Part shown: piece by piece, positions 39,104-49,594 of the stretch
How the letters are laid out: each line of letters opens with the position of its first letter
Numbering within the stretch: the stretch's first letter is position 1
NCBI GenBank assembly: GCA_030754595.1
Contig: JASLZZ010000017.1
Span: 1 to 62,619, forward strand
DNA: 62,619 nucleotides
Reading direction: 5' to 3'
From: Nitrospinota bacterium
Lineage (GTDB): Bacteria; UBA8248
Translations under genes and position numbers: made by a program
Notes under the pieces: generated by a model
Databases searched by the model: none
What the model was told of the DNA's origin: nothing
What the model saw: only the letters and a program-made list of their open reading frames with translations

Positions 39104-39808
39104 TCATTCGCCCAGATAGGCCTGGCGGACCTCGGGCGAGTCGCGCAGGACGCCGGGGCTATCGTCCATGACCACGCAGCCCGTCTCCATGACGTAGCCC
39201 CAATCCGAAAAGCCCAGCGCCAGGTGGGCGTTTTGCTCGACAAGAAAGATACCGGTTCCCTCCTTTCGTATACTGTCCAGCACCTCGAAAATCGTCTCCA
39301 CGATTTTCGGCGCGAGCCCCAGCGAGGGTTCGTCGAGCAAAAGCAGCCTGGGCCGCGCCATGAGCGCCCGCCCGATGGCGAGCATCTGCTGCTCCCCGCC
39401 GGACAGTGTTCCGCCCAGCTGGCGGCGGCGCTCGAAAAGGATCGGGAACAGAGAATATACATGATCCATGTCCTCCTTCACCTCCCCCGCGTTGGAGCGG
39501 AGAAAGGCCCCCATCTCGAGATTTTCATAAACGGTGAGACCCGGGAAAATCCGCCTGCCCTCGGGCACCTGGGAGATTCCCAGCCGGACGATCCGTTCGG
39601 GCGAGAGGGCGTGAATCGGCACGCCGTCGAAGCGGATTTCGCCCTTCGACACCGGGCGCACTGCGCTTATCGCCATCAGGGTGGTGGATTTTCCGGCCCC
39701 GTTGCTCCCGATGAGGCACACCACCTTCCCGGCGGGAATTTCGAGGGAAACGCCCTGGAGGGCGTGAATACGCCCGTAGTAGAAGTGAATGTCCCGGACT
39801 TCAAGCAT
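39104..39808 (-). CDS. livF: Branched-chain amino acid ABC ATPase
   Basis: GSNGAGKST, VPEGRRIF, LSGGEQQM, DEPSLGLAP. Confidence 0.92.
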   Translation of the reverse strand: MLEVRDIHFYYGRIHALQGVSLEIPAGKVVCLIGSNGAGKSTTLMAISAVRPVSKGEIRFDGVPIHALSPERIVRLGISQVPEGRRIFPGLTVYENLEMGAFLRSNAGEVKEDMDHVYSLFPILFERRRQLGGTLSGGEQQMLAIGRALMARPRLLLLDEPSLGLAPKIVETIFEVLDSIRKEGTGIFLVEQNAHLALGFSDWGYVMETGCVVMDDSPGVLRDSPEVRQAYLGE

Positions 39809-41792
39809 GAGAGGCTCCCAGATAGGCCTCGATCACCCTCGGGTCGGCGCGCACCTCGGCCGGGGTTCCCTCGGCGATCTTGACGCCGTGATCGATGACG
39901 ACGACGCGGTCCGAGATGCCCATGACGACTTTCATATCGTGTTCGATGAGCAAAACCGTCACTCCGCGAGCCCGAATCGCGAGGATCAGCTCGTTGAGCT
40001 CGCTTTTCTCGCGCGGATTCATCCCGGCGGCCGGCTCGTCCAGAAGGATGAGCCGTGGCTCGGACGCCAGCGACCGCGCGATCTCGAGGCGCCGCTGCTC
40101 TCCGTAGGAGAGCGAGTCCGCCCGGTCGCCCACCCCGGCGCCGATGCCCGCGAAACGGATGATTTCGAGAGAAAAATCGATGGCCTCCCGTTCCTCCCCG
40201 AGTACGCGGGAGGAACGGGCGACGGCGCCGATGGGACCGGTCCGCAATTTTCCGTGGCGGCCGATCATGACGTTTTCGAGAACGCTCATACCCCTGAAGA
40301 GGCGAATGTTCTGAAACGTCCGGGCGATGCCGAGGCGGCTAACGCTGTCGGGCTTGAGACCGACGATGCTTTCCCCGCAGAAACACACGCCGCCCGAGGT
40401 GGGAGGCGCCATGCCGGTGATGACGTTGAAGGCGGTGGTCTTACCCGCGCCGTTTGGCCCGATCAGGCTCAGAACCTCGCCCGGGCGCACCTCGAAGTCG
40501 AGGGAGTCGAGCGCCACGACGCCGCCGAACCTGCGCGTGAGCGCCCGGCACTCGAGAATGGGACCGTCAGGGACGGCGCCGCCGCCCGGGGGGCTCACAG
40601 CCCTGGGGGGTGCCGCGTCTTTGATTTCCTCCGGGGCCAACCCCCGAGGGGATGAAACCATGATGCGCTGCCCCCTCATCTTCATAAAACCCTGGGGCCG
40701 AAGCACCATCATCAGCACCATCGACCCGCCCAGGAGCATCGGGCGGTAGAGCGTCAGGTCGCGCAGGACCTCGGGCAGCACCGTGAGCACCAGCGCCCCC
40801 AGTATGACGCCCGGAATGCTCCCCATCCCGCCCAGCACCACCATGCACAGGATGATCACCGACTCGAAGAATGAAAAACTCTCGGGCGAGACGAAGGTCT
40901 GCTTCGCGGCGAAAATAACCCCGCCGACTCCGGCCCAGGTGGCCCCGAAGGCGAAGGCCGTCAGCTTCGCGTAGGTGATGTTGATCCCCATGCACTCGGC
41001 CGCCGTTTCGTCCTCGCGCAGCGCCGCCCACGACCGGCCGAGGCGGCTGCGGTTGAGGCGGCCGACGACGAACATCGTCAGGAAACAAAGCGCGACGACA
41101 AGATAGAAAAAATGCGCCGGCTGATAGAGCTTGATCGGACCGATGAAGGGCCGTCCGATTCCGAGGATGCCGTTTGGCCCGTTGGTGAGGTCATCCCAGT
41201 TGTTGAGAACGAGGCGGATGATCTCGCCGAAGCCCAGCGTCACGATCGCCAGATAATCCCCCCGGAGGCGCAGCACCGGAATTCCCAGCAAAATGCCGAA
41301 CACCATCGAAAACGCCCCGCCCACGGCGAGCGCCGGCCAGAACGAGAGCCCCGCCCAGGGGCCGAGCAGCGCATAGGCGTAGGCGCCCACCGCGTAGAAA
41401 GCGACGTAGCCCAGATCGAGCAGCCCCGCGAAGCCGACCACGACGTTCAGCCCGAGCGCGAGCATGACGTAGATCCCGGTGACAACGAGGATATCCGTCG
41501 AGTAGCGATCCAGCCCCCAGGGCAGCGCGAGGAGCGCCAGAACAAACACCGGGGCGACTCTTTTGTCGCGAGCGAGCGCGCCGGCCCGCTCCCAGCCCCG
41601 GCCGAGGCCGCGCTGCATCCGCGCGAGGGACTCGGCTGCCGGTCCCGCCGAAAACACCGCCCGAAAGAGCTTCGACGCCAAAACCGCCAGCGCGCAGGCC
41701 GCTCCGATCCAGAGCGCTGTCCACAGCCCCGTAATCGGAAGCGCCAGGAAAGCGAACCAAAGGCCCACGAGCGGCGCCGAAGCGAAACTCAC
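39801..41792 (-). CDS. Fused LivM permease + LivG ATPase
   Basis: N-half GLLDLGYVAFY and LRLRGDYLAIVTLGFGE; C-half GPNGAGKTT, TFQNIRLF and DEPAAG; one continuous frame; probable GTG start at 41792. Confidence 0.88.
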   Translation of the reverse strand: MSFASAPLVGLWFAFLALPITGLWTALWIGAACALAVLASKLFRAVFSAGPAAESLARMQRGLGRGWERAGALARDKRVAPVFVLALLALPWGLDRYSTDILVVTGIYVMLALGLNVVVGFAGLLDLGYVAFYAVGAYAYALLGPWAGLSFWPALAVGGAFSMVFGILLGIPVLRLRGDYLAIVTLGFGEIIRLVLNNWDDLTNGPNGILGIGRPFIGPIKLYQPAHFFYLVVALCFLTMFVVGRLNRSRLGRSWAALREDETAAECMGINITYAKLTAFAFGATWAGVGGVIFAAKQTFVSPESFSFFESVIILCMVVLGGMGSIPGVILGALVLTVLPEVLRDLTLYRPMLLGGSMVLMMVLRPQGFMKMRGQRIMVSSPRGLAPEEIKDAAPPRAVSPPGGGAVPDGPILECRALTRRFGGVVALDSLDFEVRPGEVLSLIGPNGAGKTTAFNVITGMAPPTSGGVCFCGESIVGLKPDSVSRLGIARTFQNIRLFRGMSVLENVMIGRHGKLRTGPIGAVARSSRVLGEEREAIDFSLEIIRFAGIGAGVGDRADSLSYGEQRRLEIARSLASEPRLILLDEPAAGMNPREKSELNELILAIRARGVTVLLIEHDMKVVMGISDRVVVIDHGVKIAEGTPAEVRADPRVIEAYLGASHA

Positions 41793-41796
41793 CGCA

Positions 41797-42702
41797 TCAC
41801 CCCCTGTCCGGCCCGTCCGAGCCGCCGAGAAGCCCCTCGGGCCGGAAGATAAGGACGACGACCAGAACGCAGAACGCGAAAACATCCTTGTAGACGGCGG
41901 AGACATAGCCCGCCCAGAAACTCTCCAGCATCGCGAGCAGGAATCCCCCGAGAAGCGCCCCTCTCACGTTGCCGATGCCGCCGAGGACAGCCGCCGTGAA
42001 CGCCTTGATCCCCACGATGAAGCCGATGTAGTGATTAATGAGTCCGTAGTACATGCCCACCATCACTCCGGCGATAGCGGCGAGGGCCGAGCCCACCGCG
42101 AACGTCACGGCGATCACCCGGTTCACGTCCACCCCGACAAGCGAGGCCATGGTGCGATCCTGGGAGGTGGCCCGCATCGCGCGGCCGAGCCTTGTTTTTT
42201 GAATGAATACCTGAAGGGCGGCCATCACCCCCAGGGCGGTCGCCAGGATGAAAATCTGAAGCCCGCTGACATAGGCGCCATAAATCTCGAAGCCGCCAAG
42301 CTCCACCAAATTCGGAAAAGCCTTGTCGCGAGCGCCCTGGGCCAACTGGACGTAGTTTTGGAGAAAGAGGCTCATCCCGATGGCGCTGATGAGGGGGGAG
42401 AGGCGCGGGGCGTTCCGGAGAGGACGGTAGGCGATGCGCTCAAGGGTGACCCCGTAGGCGGCGCAGTAGATCATGGGGATTAAAAATACGAGAACGACGG
42501 TCAGAGCGACGCTCGTCTGGGTGATGCCCATCGACCCGAGGACGGAGAGAACGGCAATCCCGACATAGGCGCCGATCATGTAAATTTCGCCGTGGGCGAA
42601 GTTGATGAGCTTGAGGATGCCGTAAACCAGGGTATAGCCCAGCGCGACGAGCGCGTACACCGAGCCCACGACAATTCCGTTGACGAGCTGTTGTACGAAC
42701 AT
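41797..42702 (-). CDS. livH: Branched-chain amino acid ABC permease
   Basis: YALVALGYTLVYG, INFAHGE, KAFTAAVLGGIG. Confidence 0.92.
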   Translation of the reverse strand: MFVQQLVNGIVVGSVYALVALGYTLVYGILKLINFAHGEIYMIGAYVGIAVLSVLGSMGITQTSVALTVVLVFLIPMIYCAAYGVTLERIAYRPLRNAPRLSPLISAIGMSLFLQNYVQLAQGARDKAFPNLVELGGFEIYGAYVSGLQIFILATALGVMAALQVFIQKTRLGRAMRATSQDRTMASLVGVDVNRVIAVTFAVGSALAAIAGVMVGMYYGLINHYIGFIVGIKAFTAAVLGGIGNVRGALLGGFLLAMLESFWAGYVSAVYKDVFAFCVLVVVLIFRPEGLLGGSDGPDRG

Positions 42703-42790
42703 GAACGACCTTTCGGGATTTTAATAAAAAAAAGAGGGAAGACCTCTCGGCCTCCCCCCCTCGTACTACGAACTCATGCGGCGCGCCGCC

Positions 42791-43921
42791 CTATTTGAGC
42801 TGGACAAACTTGCCCCCCTTGACCTGCCAGAAGACATATGGGCTCTCGAGGACATCCCCCTTTTTGTTGAACTGGAGTTTCCCGAGCGCCGTTTTCCAGG
42901 CCTTGCTCCTGAGATGCGCGGCGATCTTGGGGCCATTCGTCGAGCCCGCCTCCTCGATCGAGGAGAGGATCAAATTCGACGCCACGTAGCTGTATATCGT
43001 ATAAGCGCCCACCTCTTTCCCGAAACGCGCGCGGTGCTTTTTGATGACGCCCAGGGCGGCCGGGATTTTGGCCTGATCCGGGGTGAACGAGAGGTAGCTC
43101 CCCTCGGCGGACTTGCCGGCGATTTTATAAAATTCATCGACGAAAACGCCGTCGCCCGAGATGAAATCGGCCTTGATGCCGAGGCGCTCGCGCATCTGCT
43201 TGACGAGCAGAATGGCCTCGGGATGAATCCCTCCGAAATAAACGATCTCGGGGGTTTTTTGCTTCATCGCGGTGAGGACGGGCGTGAAGTCTTTATCGCC
43301 CTGGATAATCCCGCTGTAGAAAACCGCCTTGACCCCTTTTCGCTCCAGGAATTTCCGGGTCTCGTTGGCGAGGCCCTGGCCGTAGGTCGTCTTGTCGTGG
43401 AGGATGGCCACGCGCTTTTTCTTGAGCTTATCGACGATAAATGCGGCGGCGACCTCTCCCTGCTGATCGTCACGTCCACAGACGCGGAAGACGGTCTTCG
43501 AGCCCTGCTCGGTCAGCTTGGGGTTCGTCGAGGCGGGGGTGATCTGTACAACGCCCGCCTCGGTGTAGACGGTCGAGGTCGGTATGGAGACCGAGCTGTT
43601 GAAGTGCCCGACCACCCCGACCACACCAGAGTTCACAAATTTATGCGCGATGGAGACGCCCTCTCTGGGGTCGTGCCGATCATCGCCCCAGAGAATCTCC
43701 ACCTTCATTTTTTTGCCGCCCACGGAAACGCCGCCCTTGTTGTTCCACTCCGCCACGGCCAGCAGCACGCCGTTCTTGAGCATCTCGCCGAAAGCGGCCT
43801 GATCGCCCGTCAGCGGGCCGGCGACGCCGATCTTGATCATCGCGGCCCCCGCCCCGCCGGGAAGCGCCACGGCCACTGCAAAGATCATAGGAAGAATCAC
43901 CCGAAACGCTAATCGAAACAT
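42791..43921 (-). CDS. Branched-chain amino acid ABC substrate-binding protein (LivJ/K family)
   Basis: Signal peptide; IGVAGPLTG, VVGHFNS, HDKTTYGQGLA; ATG at 43921. Confidence 0.9.
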   Translation of the reverse strand: MFRLAFRVILPMIFAVAVALPGGAGAAMIKIGVAGPLTGDQAAFGEMLKNGVLLAVAEWNNKGGVSVGGKKMKVEILWGDDRHDPREGVSIAHKFVNSGVVGVVGHFNSSVSIPTSTVYTEAGVVQITPASTNPKLTEQGSKTVFRVCGRDDQQGEVAAAFIVDKLKKKRVAILHDKTTYGQGLANETRKFLERKGVKAVFYSGIIQGDKDFTPVLTAMKQKTPEIVYFGGIHPEAILLVKQMRERLGIKADFISGDGVFVDEFYKIAGKSAEGSYLSFTPDQAKIPAALGVIKKHRARFGKEVGAYTIYSYVASNLILSSIEEAGSTNGPKIAAHLRSKAWKTALGKLQFNKKGDVLESPYVFWQVKGGKFVQLK

Positions 43922-44144
43922 TTGACACCTCCGCTCATCCCGCCTGCTGGAGCTAAGTGATGCGATTCCGCCCGGACCAGGTGGTTCCGGCACGATGCCG
44001 GCTCCGGCGCAGTTCCGGCGAAAACCGCGAAAAATTTCGGCTTGGACCAACACCAAATTCCTAAAAGGAATAGCGAAATAATATCATGCGGGGAGGGGAT
44101 GGCAAGAATATTTCCGCCCCGCCAAACGCCCCGATATTAATCAA

Positions 44145-44711
44145 TCAGGCCGTTTTGACCCGCTCGATATACTCCCCCGACCGGGTGTCGATTTTCAAGA
44201 CATCGCCCACGTTCAGAAACAGGGGGACGTTGACCGATGCGCCCGTCTCGAGTTCGGCCGGCTTGCTCCCCCCGGCGGCGGTGTCGCCCTTCACGCCGGG
44301 ATCGGTCTTGGAGATCGACAGTTCGACGAAAGTGGGAAGCTCCACCGCGATGGCCTCGCCGTTATGAAACATGATGTCGCAAATCGACTCCTCCTTCAGC
44401 CATTTGACGCCCTCGCCGATATTCTCCTTGAGCAACGAGGTTTGCTCGTAATCGGAGGTGTCCATGAAAACATACATCTCGCCGTCGCGATAGAGATACT
44501 GCATCTCTTTTTGATTGATGTCGGGAGAGGTCACCGACTCTCCGGAGCGAAACGTCTTCTCGACCACGCGTCCCGTCCTCAGGTTTTTCAATTTCGTGCG
44601 CACGAATGCGCCGCCCTTGCCGGGCTTGACGTGCTGGAATTCGATCATGATATAGGGCGCGCCATCCATTTCGATCTTGAGCCCGTTCCTGAAATCACTC
44701 GTCGAGGGCAT
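44145..44711 (-). CDS. efp: Elongation factor P
   Basis: KPGKGGAF, PGVKGDTA, YIER. Confidence 0.96.
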   Translation of the reverse strand: MPSTSDFRNGLKIEMDGAPYIMIEFQHVKPGKGGAFVRTKLKNLRTGRVVEKTFRSGESVTSPDINQKEMQYLYRDGEMYVFMDTSDYEQTSLLKENIGEGVKWLKEESICDIMFHNGEAIAVELPTFVELSISKTDPGVKGDTAAGGSKPAELETGASVNVPLFLNVGDVLKIDTRSGEYIERVKTA

Positions 44712-44741
44712 TCGCCTCCCTCCTCCTCACTGAATAAATGC

Positions 44742-45812
44742 CTATAAAACCGCCAGATCCTTTGAAATAGAGCGGGTGAGATTTTCCCTTCCTTTTTCCG
44801 TTACGGCCACCATGTCCTCGACGCGGACGCCGCCCCACCTCGGAAGGTAGATGCCCGGTTCAACCGTCACGATCATGCCGGGCTCGAGGCGATCCTTCAC
44901 GCCGGGCGCCACCCTCGGCCCCTCGTGAATATCGAGGCCGACGCCGTGGCCCGTTCCGTGGCCGAAGAATTTCCCATAGCCAGCCGCCCGGATCACGCTT
45001 CGGGCGGCTTCGTCCACCTCACCGCCCGTGGCCCCCGGCCGCACGGCCCCGACCGCCGCCACCTGCGCCCTCAGGACCGTTTCGTAGATTTCGCGCCCCT
45101 TTCGCGAGGGCTTTCCGAGGGAAAATACCCGGGTGGTGTCCGCGTGATAGCCATCGACGACGGCCCCGTAATCGATGGTGATCAGATCACCCCGCTTCAT
45201 TTTCCGCCCCGAGGCCACCCCGTGGGGCAGCGCGCCGCGCGGACCCGAGGCGACGATAATGTCGAAGGCCGCACCCGAGGCCCCCAGGCGGCGCATCGCC
45301 ACCTCGAGGGCGAGGGCCACCTCCTCCTCGCGCACGCCCGGGCGAATCGTCTTGGCGATCTCGCCCAGAGCCTTCCCGTTCACCTTCGCCCCCTTCCGCA
45401 GAAGGCGAAGCTCCTTCTTATCCTTGACAAGCCTGAGGCGGCCGGCGATGTCCCCTACCGGTTTCAGCCGAATCCCCTTCGCCTCGCTTTTGAGGCGGAT
45501 AAAAAGACTGTAGGAAAGCGCCCCCTCCTCGAAGGCGAGAACCTTCACCCTCCGCTTTTTCGCCTCGGCGGCGGCCCCTGTGATCGGGTGATTGTGCTCG
45601 GCGCGGCGGAAGGATTTATCCACCTGCCGCGAGGCCTGGGAGCGGTACCTGAAATCCGTGATGAACACGGCGGCCCTCGGCGTCACCAGACACCCGCCCG
45701 CCGAGCCGGAGAAGCCCGTCAGGTAGCGCACATTCCGGAGATCGGTCACCGCAAGGGCGGAAATCCCCTCTTTTCTCATCAGCCGCCGGAGGGCGGCCAG
45801 CCGCCCGCTCAC
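44742..45812 (-). CDS. Xaa-Pro peptidase (M24B, YqhT/PepQ-like)
   Basis: YLTGFSGS, HGTGHGVGLDIHE, TVEPGIY, GVRVED; aroQ-peptidase-efp order. Confidence 0.9.
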   Translation of the reverse strand: MSGRLAALRRLMRKEGISALAVTDLRNVRYLTGFSGSAGGCLVTPRAAVFITDFRYRSQASRQVDKSFRRAEHNHPITGAAAEAKKRRVKVLAFEEGALSYSLFIRLKSEAKGIRLKPVGDIAGRLRLVKDKKELRLLRKGAKVNGKALGEIAKTIRPGVREEEVALALEVAMRRLGASGAAFDIIVASGPRGALPHGVASGRKMKRGDLITIDYGAVVDGYHADTTRVFSLGKPSRKGREIYETVLRAQVAAVGAVRPGATGGEVDEAARSVIRAAGYGKFFGHGTGHGVGLDIHEGPRVAPGVKDRLEPGMIVTVEPGIYLPRWGGVRVEDMVAVTEKGRENLTRSISKDLAVL

Positions 45813-46306
45813 AGATCCCCGCTGGGGAATTCGGCGCCCCTGACGTTAAGGTCGATCGCCGCGCGCAGCGCCGAGAGATATCCGTAAAGCCCCAGTCCGA
45901 TGAAGGTGCCCGCCGCGACGGGACCGATCATCGAAAGGTGGCGGAATTCCTCGCGGGTGAGGACATTCGAGATGTGCACCTCGTAGACCGGAAGATCGAG
46001 GCCGCCGATGGCGTCCCGGAGGACGGCGCTCGTGTGGGTGTAGCCGCCCGGATTAAAGATGCAGGCGGCGCACTTTCCCCCGGGCGCCTTGCCCGGCTCA
46101 GGGGGCAGCGCCCCGGCGGCGCGCTGGAGAGCGTCCACCAGCTCGCCCTCGACGTTGGACTGAAAGCTCTCGAGTTCGGCCCCTTCGGCGCGGGCGGCCT
46201 CGCCGAGAGCAGCCTCGAGGCCGGCGAGCGTGGTTTTACCGTAAATCTCGGGCTCACGGGTCCCGAGGAGATTCAGATTCGCGCCGTTGAGCAATAGAAT
46301 TCGCAC
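45809..46306 (-). CDS. aroQ: Type II 3-dehydroquinate dehydratase
   Basis: NLNLLGTREPEIYG, NPGGYTHTS, EVHISN, REEFRH; probable GTG start at 46306. Confidence 0.93.
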   Translation of the reverse strand: MRILLLNGANLNLLGTREPEIYGKTTLAGLEAALGEAARAEGAELESFQSNVEGELVDALQRAAGALPPEPGKAPGGKCAACIFNPGGYTHTSAVLRDAIGGLDLPVYEVHISNVLTREEFRHLSMIGPVAAGTFIGLGLYGYLSALRAAIDLNVRGAEFPSGDL

Positions 46307-46408
46307 CGGATTTCCTTCCGAAAATTTAACCGAGGCCCTTGCGAGGGGGGATGGTAGGCCAGCCACTGCCGGAGCGTCAACGAGAGGGCGGAGGCATCCC
46401 CGGGGACG

Positions 46409-47518
46409 CTAGCGCCCGCCCCCCGCCGGCGCCGCGCGCCCCGCCAGAGCCGCGCGCCACCCAGAGGGGGCCACCTCCCGGCCCGTGGTCACACTGCCGA
46501 TCCTGTCCATGAGGACGAATTTCGGCATCCCCTTTCGCGTCTTTTTGTCGCGGGCGAGCGCCGACCGGAGCGCGGCCGTGGCGGGGGGCTTTCGCATGGC
46601 CACAGGGAGGCCGAAGCGCTCGAGCAGGACCACCAGCCGCTCGGCGTCGAGCGCGCCGCACTTCCCGGCCGAGACCGAAAGACGGGCCGCCGCCGCCATG
46701 CCGATGGCGACGGCCTCGCCGTGGTACAGGCTGCTCGAATAGCCGGCCATCATCTCGACGGCGTGGCCGAGGGTGTGGCCGAAGTTGAGCGTCTCGCGCA
46801 CCCCCGCTTCGCGCTCGTCGGCCTCGACTACCCGCGCCTTGATCCGGCAGTTCACGGCCACCACCCGCTCCATCACCCCCGCCTCGCGCCGCCGGACGCG
46901 CGCCGCGTTATTCTCGAGAAACGAGAACAGGCGAGGATCGGCGATGGCGGCGTGCTTGACGACCTCGGCCAAACCGGCGCGGTAGTGACGCTCGGGCAAG
47001 GTGCGGAGAGCGGCCACGTCGGCGATCACGGCTGCCGGCTGGTAGAAGGCGCCGATGAGGTTCTTTCCCGCCTTGTGGTCAACCGCCGTTTTCCCGCCCA
47101 CGGCGCTGTCCACCAACGCCAGCAGGGAGGTGGGCACCTGGATATAGGGAAGGCCGCGCAGATAGGCGGCCGCCGCGAACCCGGCGAGGTCGCCCACCAC
47201 GCCGCCGCCCAGCGCGACGACGCCGCAGCCGCGCTCTATCCGCAGCACCGCGAGGCGGTCGAAGAGTTTCGAGAGCTGGGCGAGCGATTTGCTGCGCTCG
47301 CCCGCGGGCACGGCGCAAAGAGAAGCGTCGCACCCGCCGCGCCCGAGCGCACGGAGTACCCGCTCGCCCAGGATCGGAGCCACGTTCCGGTCGGTGACGA
47401 CGAGCGCCCGCCCGCCCGGAAAAAACCGCTTCGCCGCCTGACCGAGGCGGCCCAGGGCGCCCCGGCCGATCGAAATCGAGTAGCTCCGCTCCCCCAGATG
47501 GACCCGGACGCTTCTCAT
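46409..47518 (-). CDS. aroB: 3-dehydroquinate synthase
   Basis: GGGVVGDLAGF, DSAVGGKT, KNLIGAF, LNFGHTLGHA. Confidence 0.96.
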   Translation of the reverse strand: MRSVRVHLGERSYSISIGRGALGRLGQAAKRFFPGGRALVVTDRNVAPILGERVLRALGRGGCDASLCAVPAGERSKSLAQLSKLFDRLAVLRIERGCGVVALGGGVVGDLAGFAAAAYLRGLPYIQVPTSLLALVDSAVGGKTAVDHKAGKNLIGAFYQPAAVIADVAALRTLPERHYRAGLAEVVKHAAIADPRLFSFLENNAARVRRREAGVMERVVAVNCRIKARVVEADEREAGVRETLNFGHTLGHAVEMMAGYSSSLYHGEAVAIGMAAAARLSVSAGKCGALDAERLVVLLERFGLPVAMRKPPATAALRSALARDKKTRKGMPKFVLMDRIGSVTTGREVAPSGWRAALAGRAAPAGGGR

Positions 47519-48570
47519 GCGGCCGCCAGCGCCTTATAGGCGAGCCCCGCCCCGACGGCGGCGACGGGCGAGAGGTTTTCCACGAAATCGGGGTCGAACA
47601 AATCCTTGGGAATCTCCACCCGGCGGAATGGCTGGGCGAGTTCGACCGGCACGTCGAGCGAGGCGGCCAGGTAGGCCGGAAGCCCGTCGAGATGTACCCC
47701 GCCGCCGCTCAGCACCATCCGGTGAATTTGATCCTCGGGGTGAACCTGGGCATGCATCTGAAACGTCCGGCCCATTTCGCGCGCGAGGCGCTCGACCTCG
47801 GCGCGGATGGCATCGGCCACCGCCCGGGGGCTCGGCGAGGTCCGGGTCCCCATCTTGATCCCCTCGGCCTCGAGCCGCGTAACGTTCAAGCTCTCCCCGA
47901 TGGTCTGGGTGATTCGGGATCCGCCGAAGGCGATCGAGCGTGTCATCAGGGTCCGGCTCCCCTGGATAATGTGAACCAGCGTTTCGGACGCCCCCACGTC
48001 CACCAGCGCGGTCGGCTCGCCGTCCTCATCCACCCCCGAGAGGGCGAAGGCGCTCTCGATGGCCAGCATGTTGAGGTCCACGAGCATCGGCTCGAACTTG
48101 AGGTGCTTGAACAGATCGATTACGTCGCCGACCGCCTTTCTCTTGACGGCGATGACCAAATATTCGTCCATCGTCTCCCCGTCCACCTCGACCTCCCGGA
48201 GCCGCTGGCGCCGGAGGCGCGTCTCGTCGATCGCGAAGGGGAAAATCTGCTCGGCCTCGGCCGCGACGGCCTCCTCGAGCACGAGGCCGCTGGCCTGCGG
48301 CACCTGGATGGTCTTGGCGATCGCCGCCTGGCCCGATATGCCGACTGCCACGCGCTTTTCTTTTAATTTCTCGGCGCTCACCAGCTCCTCGACCGCCCGC
48401 ATGACCTCCTCGACCTCGCGCACCTCGCCGTCGGCGATGGCTCCGTGGGCGAGCGAGGCGATCCCCAACCGCCCGAGGACAAGGCCCTTTTTCCCCCGGG
48501 TGAGCTGAACGAGCTTGACGGCGTGGGAGCCGATGTCGATAGCTAGCGGGAAGCTTTTTTTTCGGAACAC
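47515..48570 (-). CDS. pilM: Type IV pilus assembly protein PilM (actin-like)
   Basis: AIDIGSHAVK, VDVGASET, FGG, LSGGG, C-terminal GLA. Confidence 0.85.
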   Translation of the reverse strand: MFRKKSFPLAIDIGSHAVKLVQLTRGKKGLVLGRLGIASLAHGAIADGEVREVEEVMRAVEELVSAEKLKEKRVAVGISGQAAIAKTIQVPQASGLVLEEAVAAEAEQIFPFAIDETRLRRQRLREVEVDGETMDEYLVIAVKRKAVGDVIDLFKHLKFEPMLVDLNMLAIESAFALSGVDEDGEPTALVDVGASETLVHIIQGSRTLMTRSIAFGGSRITQTIGESLNVTRLEAEGIKMGTRTSPSPRAVADAIRAEVERLAREMGRTFQMHAQVHPEDQIHRMVLSGGGVHLDGLPAYLAASLDVPVELAQPFRRVEIPKDLFDPDFVENLSPVAAVGAGLAYKALAAA

Positions 48571-48595
48571 TTTTTCAGGCCAGGGCGGGAGAATT

Positions 48596-49594
48596 TTAGT
48601 GAATGTAGAGCGGAACCCAGGTAAACGTGAGAAACATCAATATCATACACGAATAACCCAGTAAAATCCGCCCCTTTCCGATGGATTCCTCCATATCCCA
48701 AACCGGATGGCGCCGCCGCCCGATAAAAAGGGCCACCGCCGCCCAGAGAAGCCAACCGGGCCACCAGTAGGACATGACGACCAGTACCGCGCCCACTCCG
48801 TTCGAGATGGCGCGGTGCCATCTGCTCATCAGCGAGAAGACGATGTGCCCGCCGTCGAGTTGACCCGCCGGAATCAGGTTCAGCGAGGTGACCAAAAACC
48901 CGCACCATCCCGCGAAGGCTACCGGGTGAAGGGTCACCACCCCACCGAGGCCCTTGGCGCCGAACGCCGTCCAAACCGCACCCTTGAAAAGCAGGGAGGA
49001 GCCGAGCCCCAGCCCGGTTCCGCCTCCGCCGCCTCCCGGGGAAACGACCTCCGACATCGAAAGACCCACCAGGACGGCCGGCAGGGCCACCGCCATTCCG
49101 GCCAGGGGGCCCGCCACCGCCACATCCATAAGGGCCTTTCGGCTCAAGATCGGGCTCTTGATGCGAATGACGGCTCCGAATGTGCCGAAAAGAGTCGGGG
49201 CCGGAATAAAATAGGGAAGCGTGGCTTCGACCCGCCAGGCCCGGCTGGCGAAATAGTGGCCCAATTCATGAGCCCCCAGAATTAAAAGCAGCGTAAAGGA
49301 AAAAGGGAACCCGGCCAGGAGAAAGGAGGGATGGGCCCAAATATCTCCGGGCAAAAAACCCCGCTGCATGGCGCCGGCCAGGAGCGTGGTCATCGCGGTC
49401 AGCAAAAACAGGATCGCGGGGAACCAGATTTCGGCGCCACGGAAATGAAACAGCCTCCGGATCCTCTCTAATAGAAATGAGGCGAGCCGCCGGGCCGAAG
49501 CGGTCCGCCGGGCCGGGGCGAATCCGTTCTGACGCTGAACGGCTGGAGGCCATTCGAACGGTTTCGGCGGCCTCCCGGCGGGATTGAGATTCAT
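48596..49594 (-). CDS. Site-2 protease (M50 family)
   Basis: HELGH, AVAGPLAG, NLIPAGQLDGG; start uncertain (ATG at 49594 has an RBS). Confidence 0.88.
   Translation of the reverse strand: MNLNPAGRPPKPFEWPPAVQRQNGFAPARRTASARRLASFLLERIRRLFHFRGAEIWFPAILFLLTAMTTLLAGAMQRGFLPGDIWAHPSFLLAGFPFSFTLLLILGAHELGHYFASRAWRVEATLPYFIPAPTLFGTFGAVIRIKSPILSRKALMDVAVAGPLAGMAVALPAVLVGLSMSEVVSPGGGGGGTGLGLGSSLLFKGAVWTAFGAKGLGGVVTLHPVAFAGWCGFLVTSLNLIPAGQLDGGHIVFSLMSRWHRAISNGVGAVLVVMSYWWPGWLLWAAVALFIGRRRHPVWDMEESIGKGRILLGYSCMILMFLTFTWVPLYIH

Noticed and set aside
43922..44144. Riboswitch or T-box upstream of the liv operon
   Set aside because: The leader is long, but I could not recognise any conserved aptamer or T-box motif.
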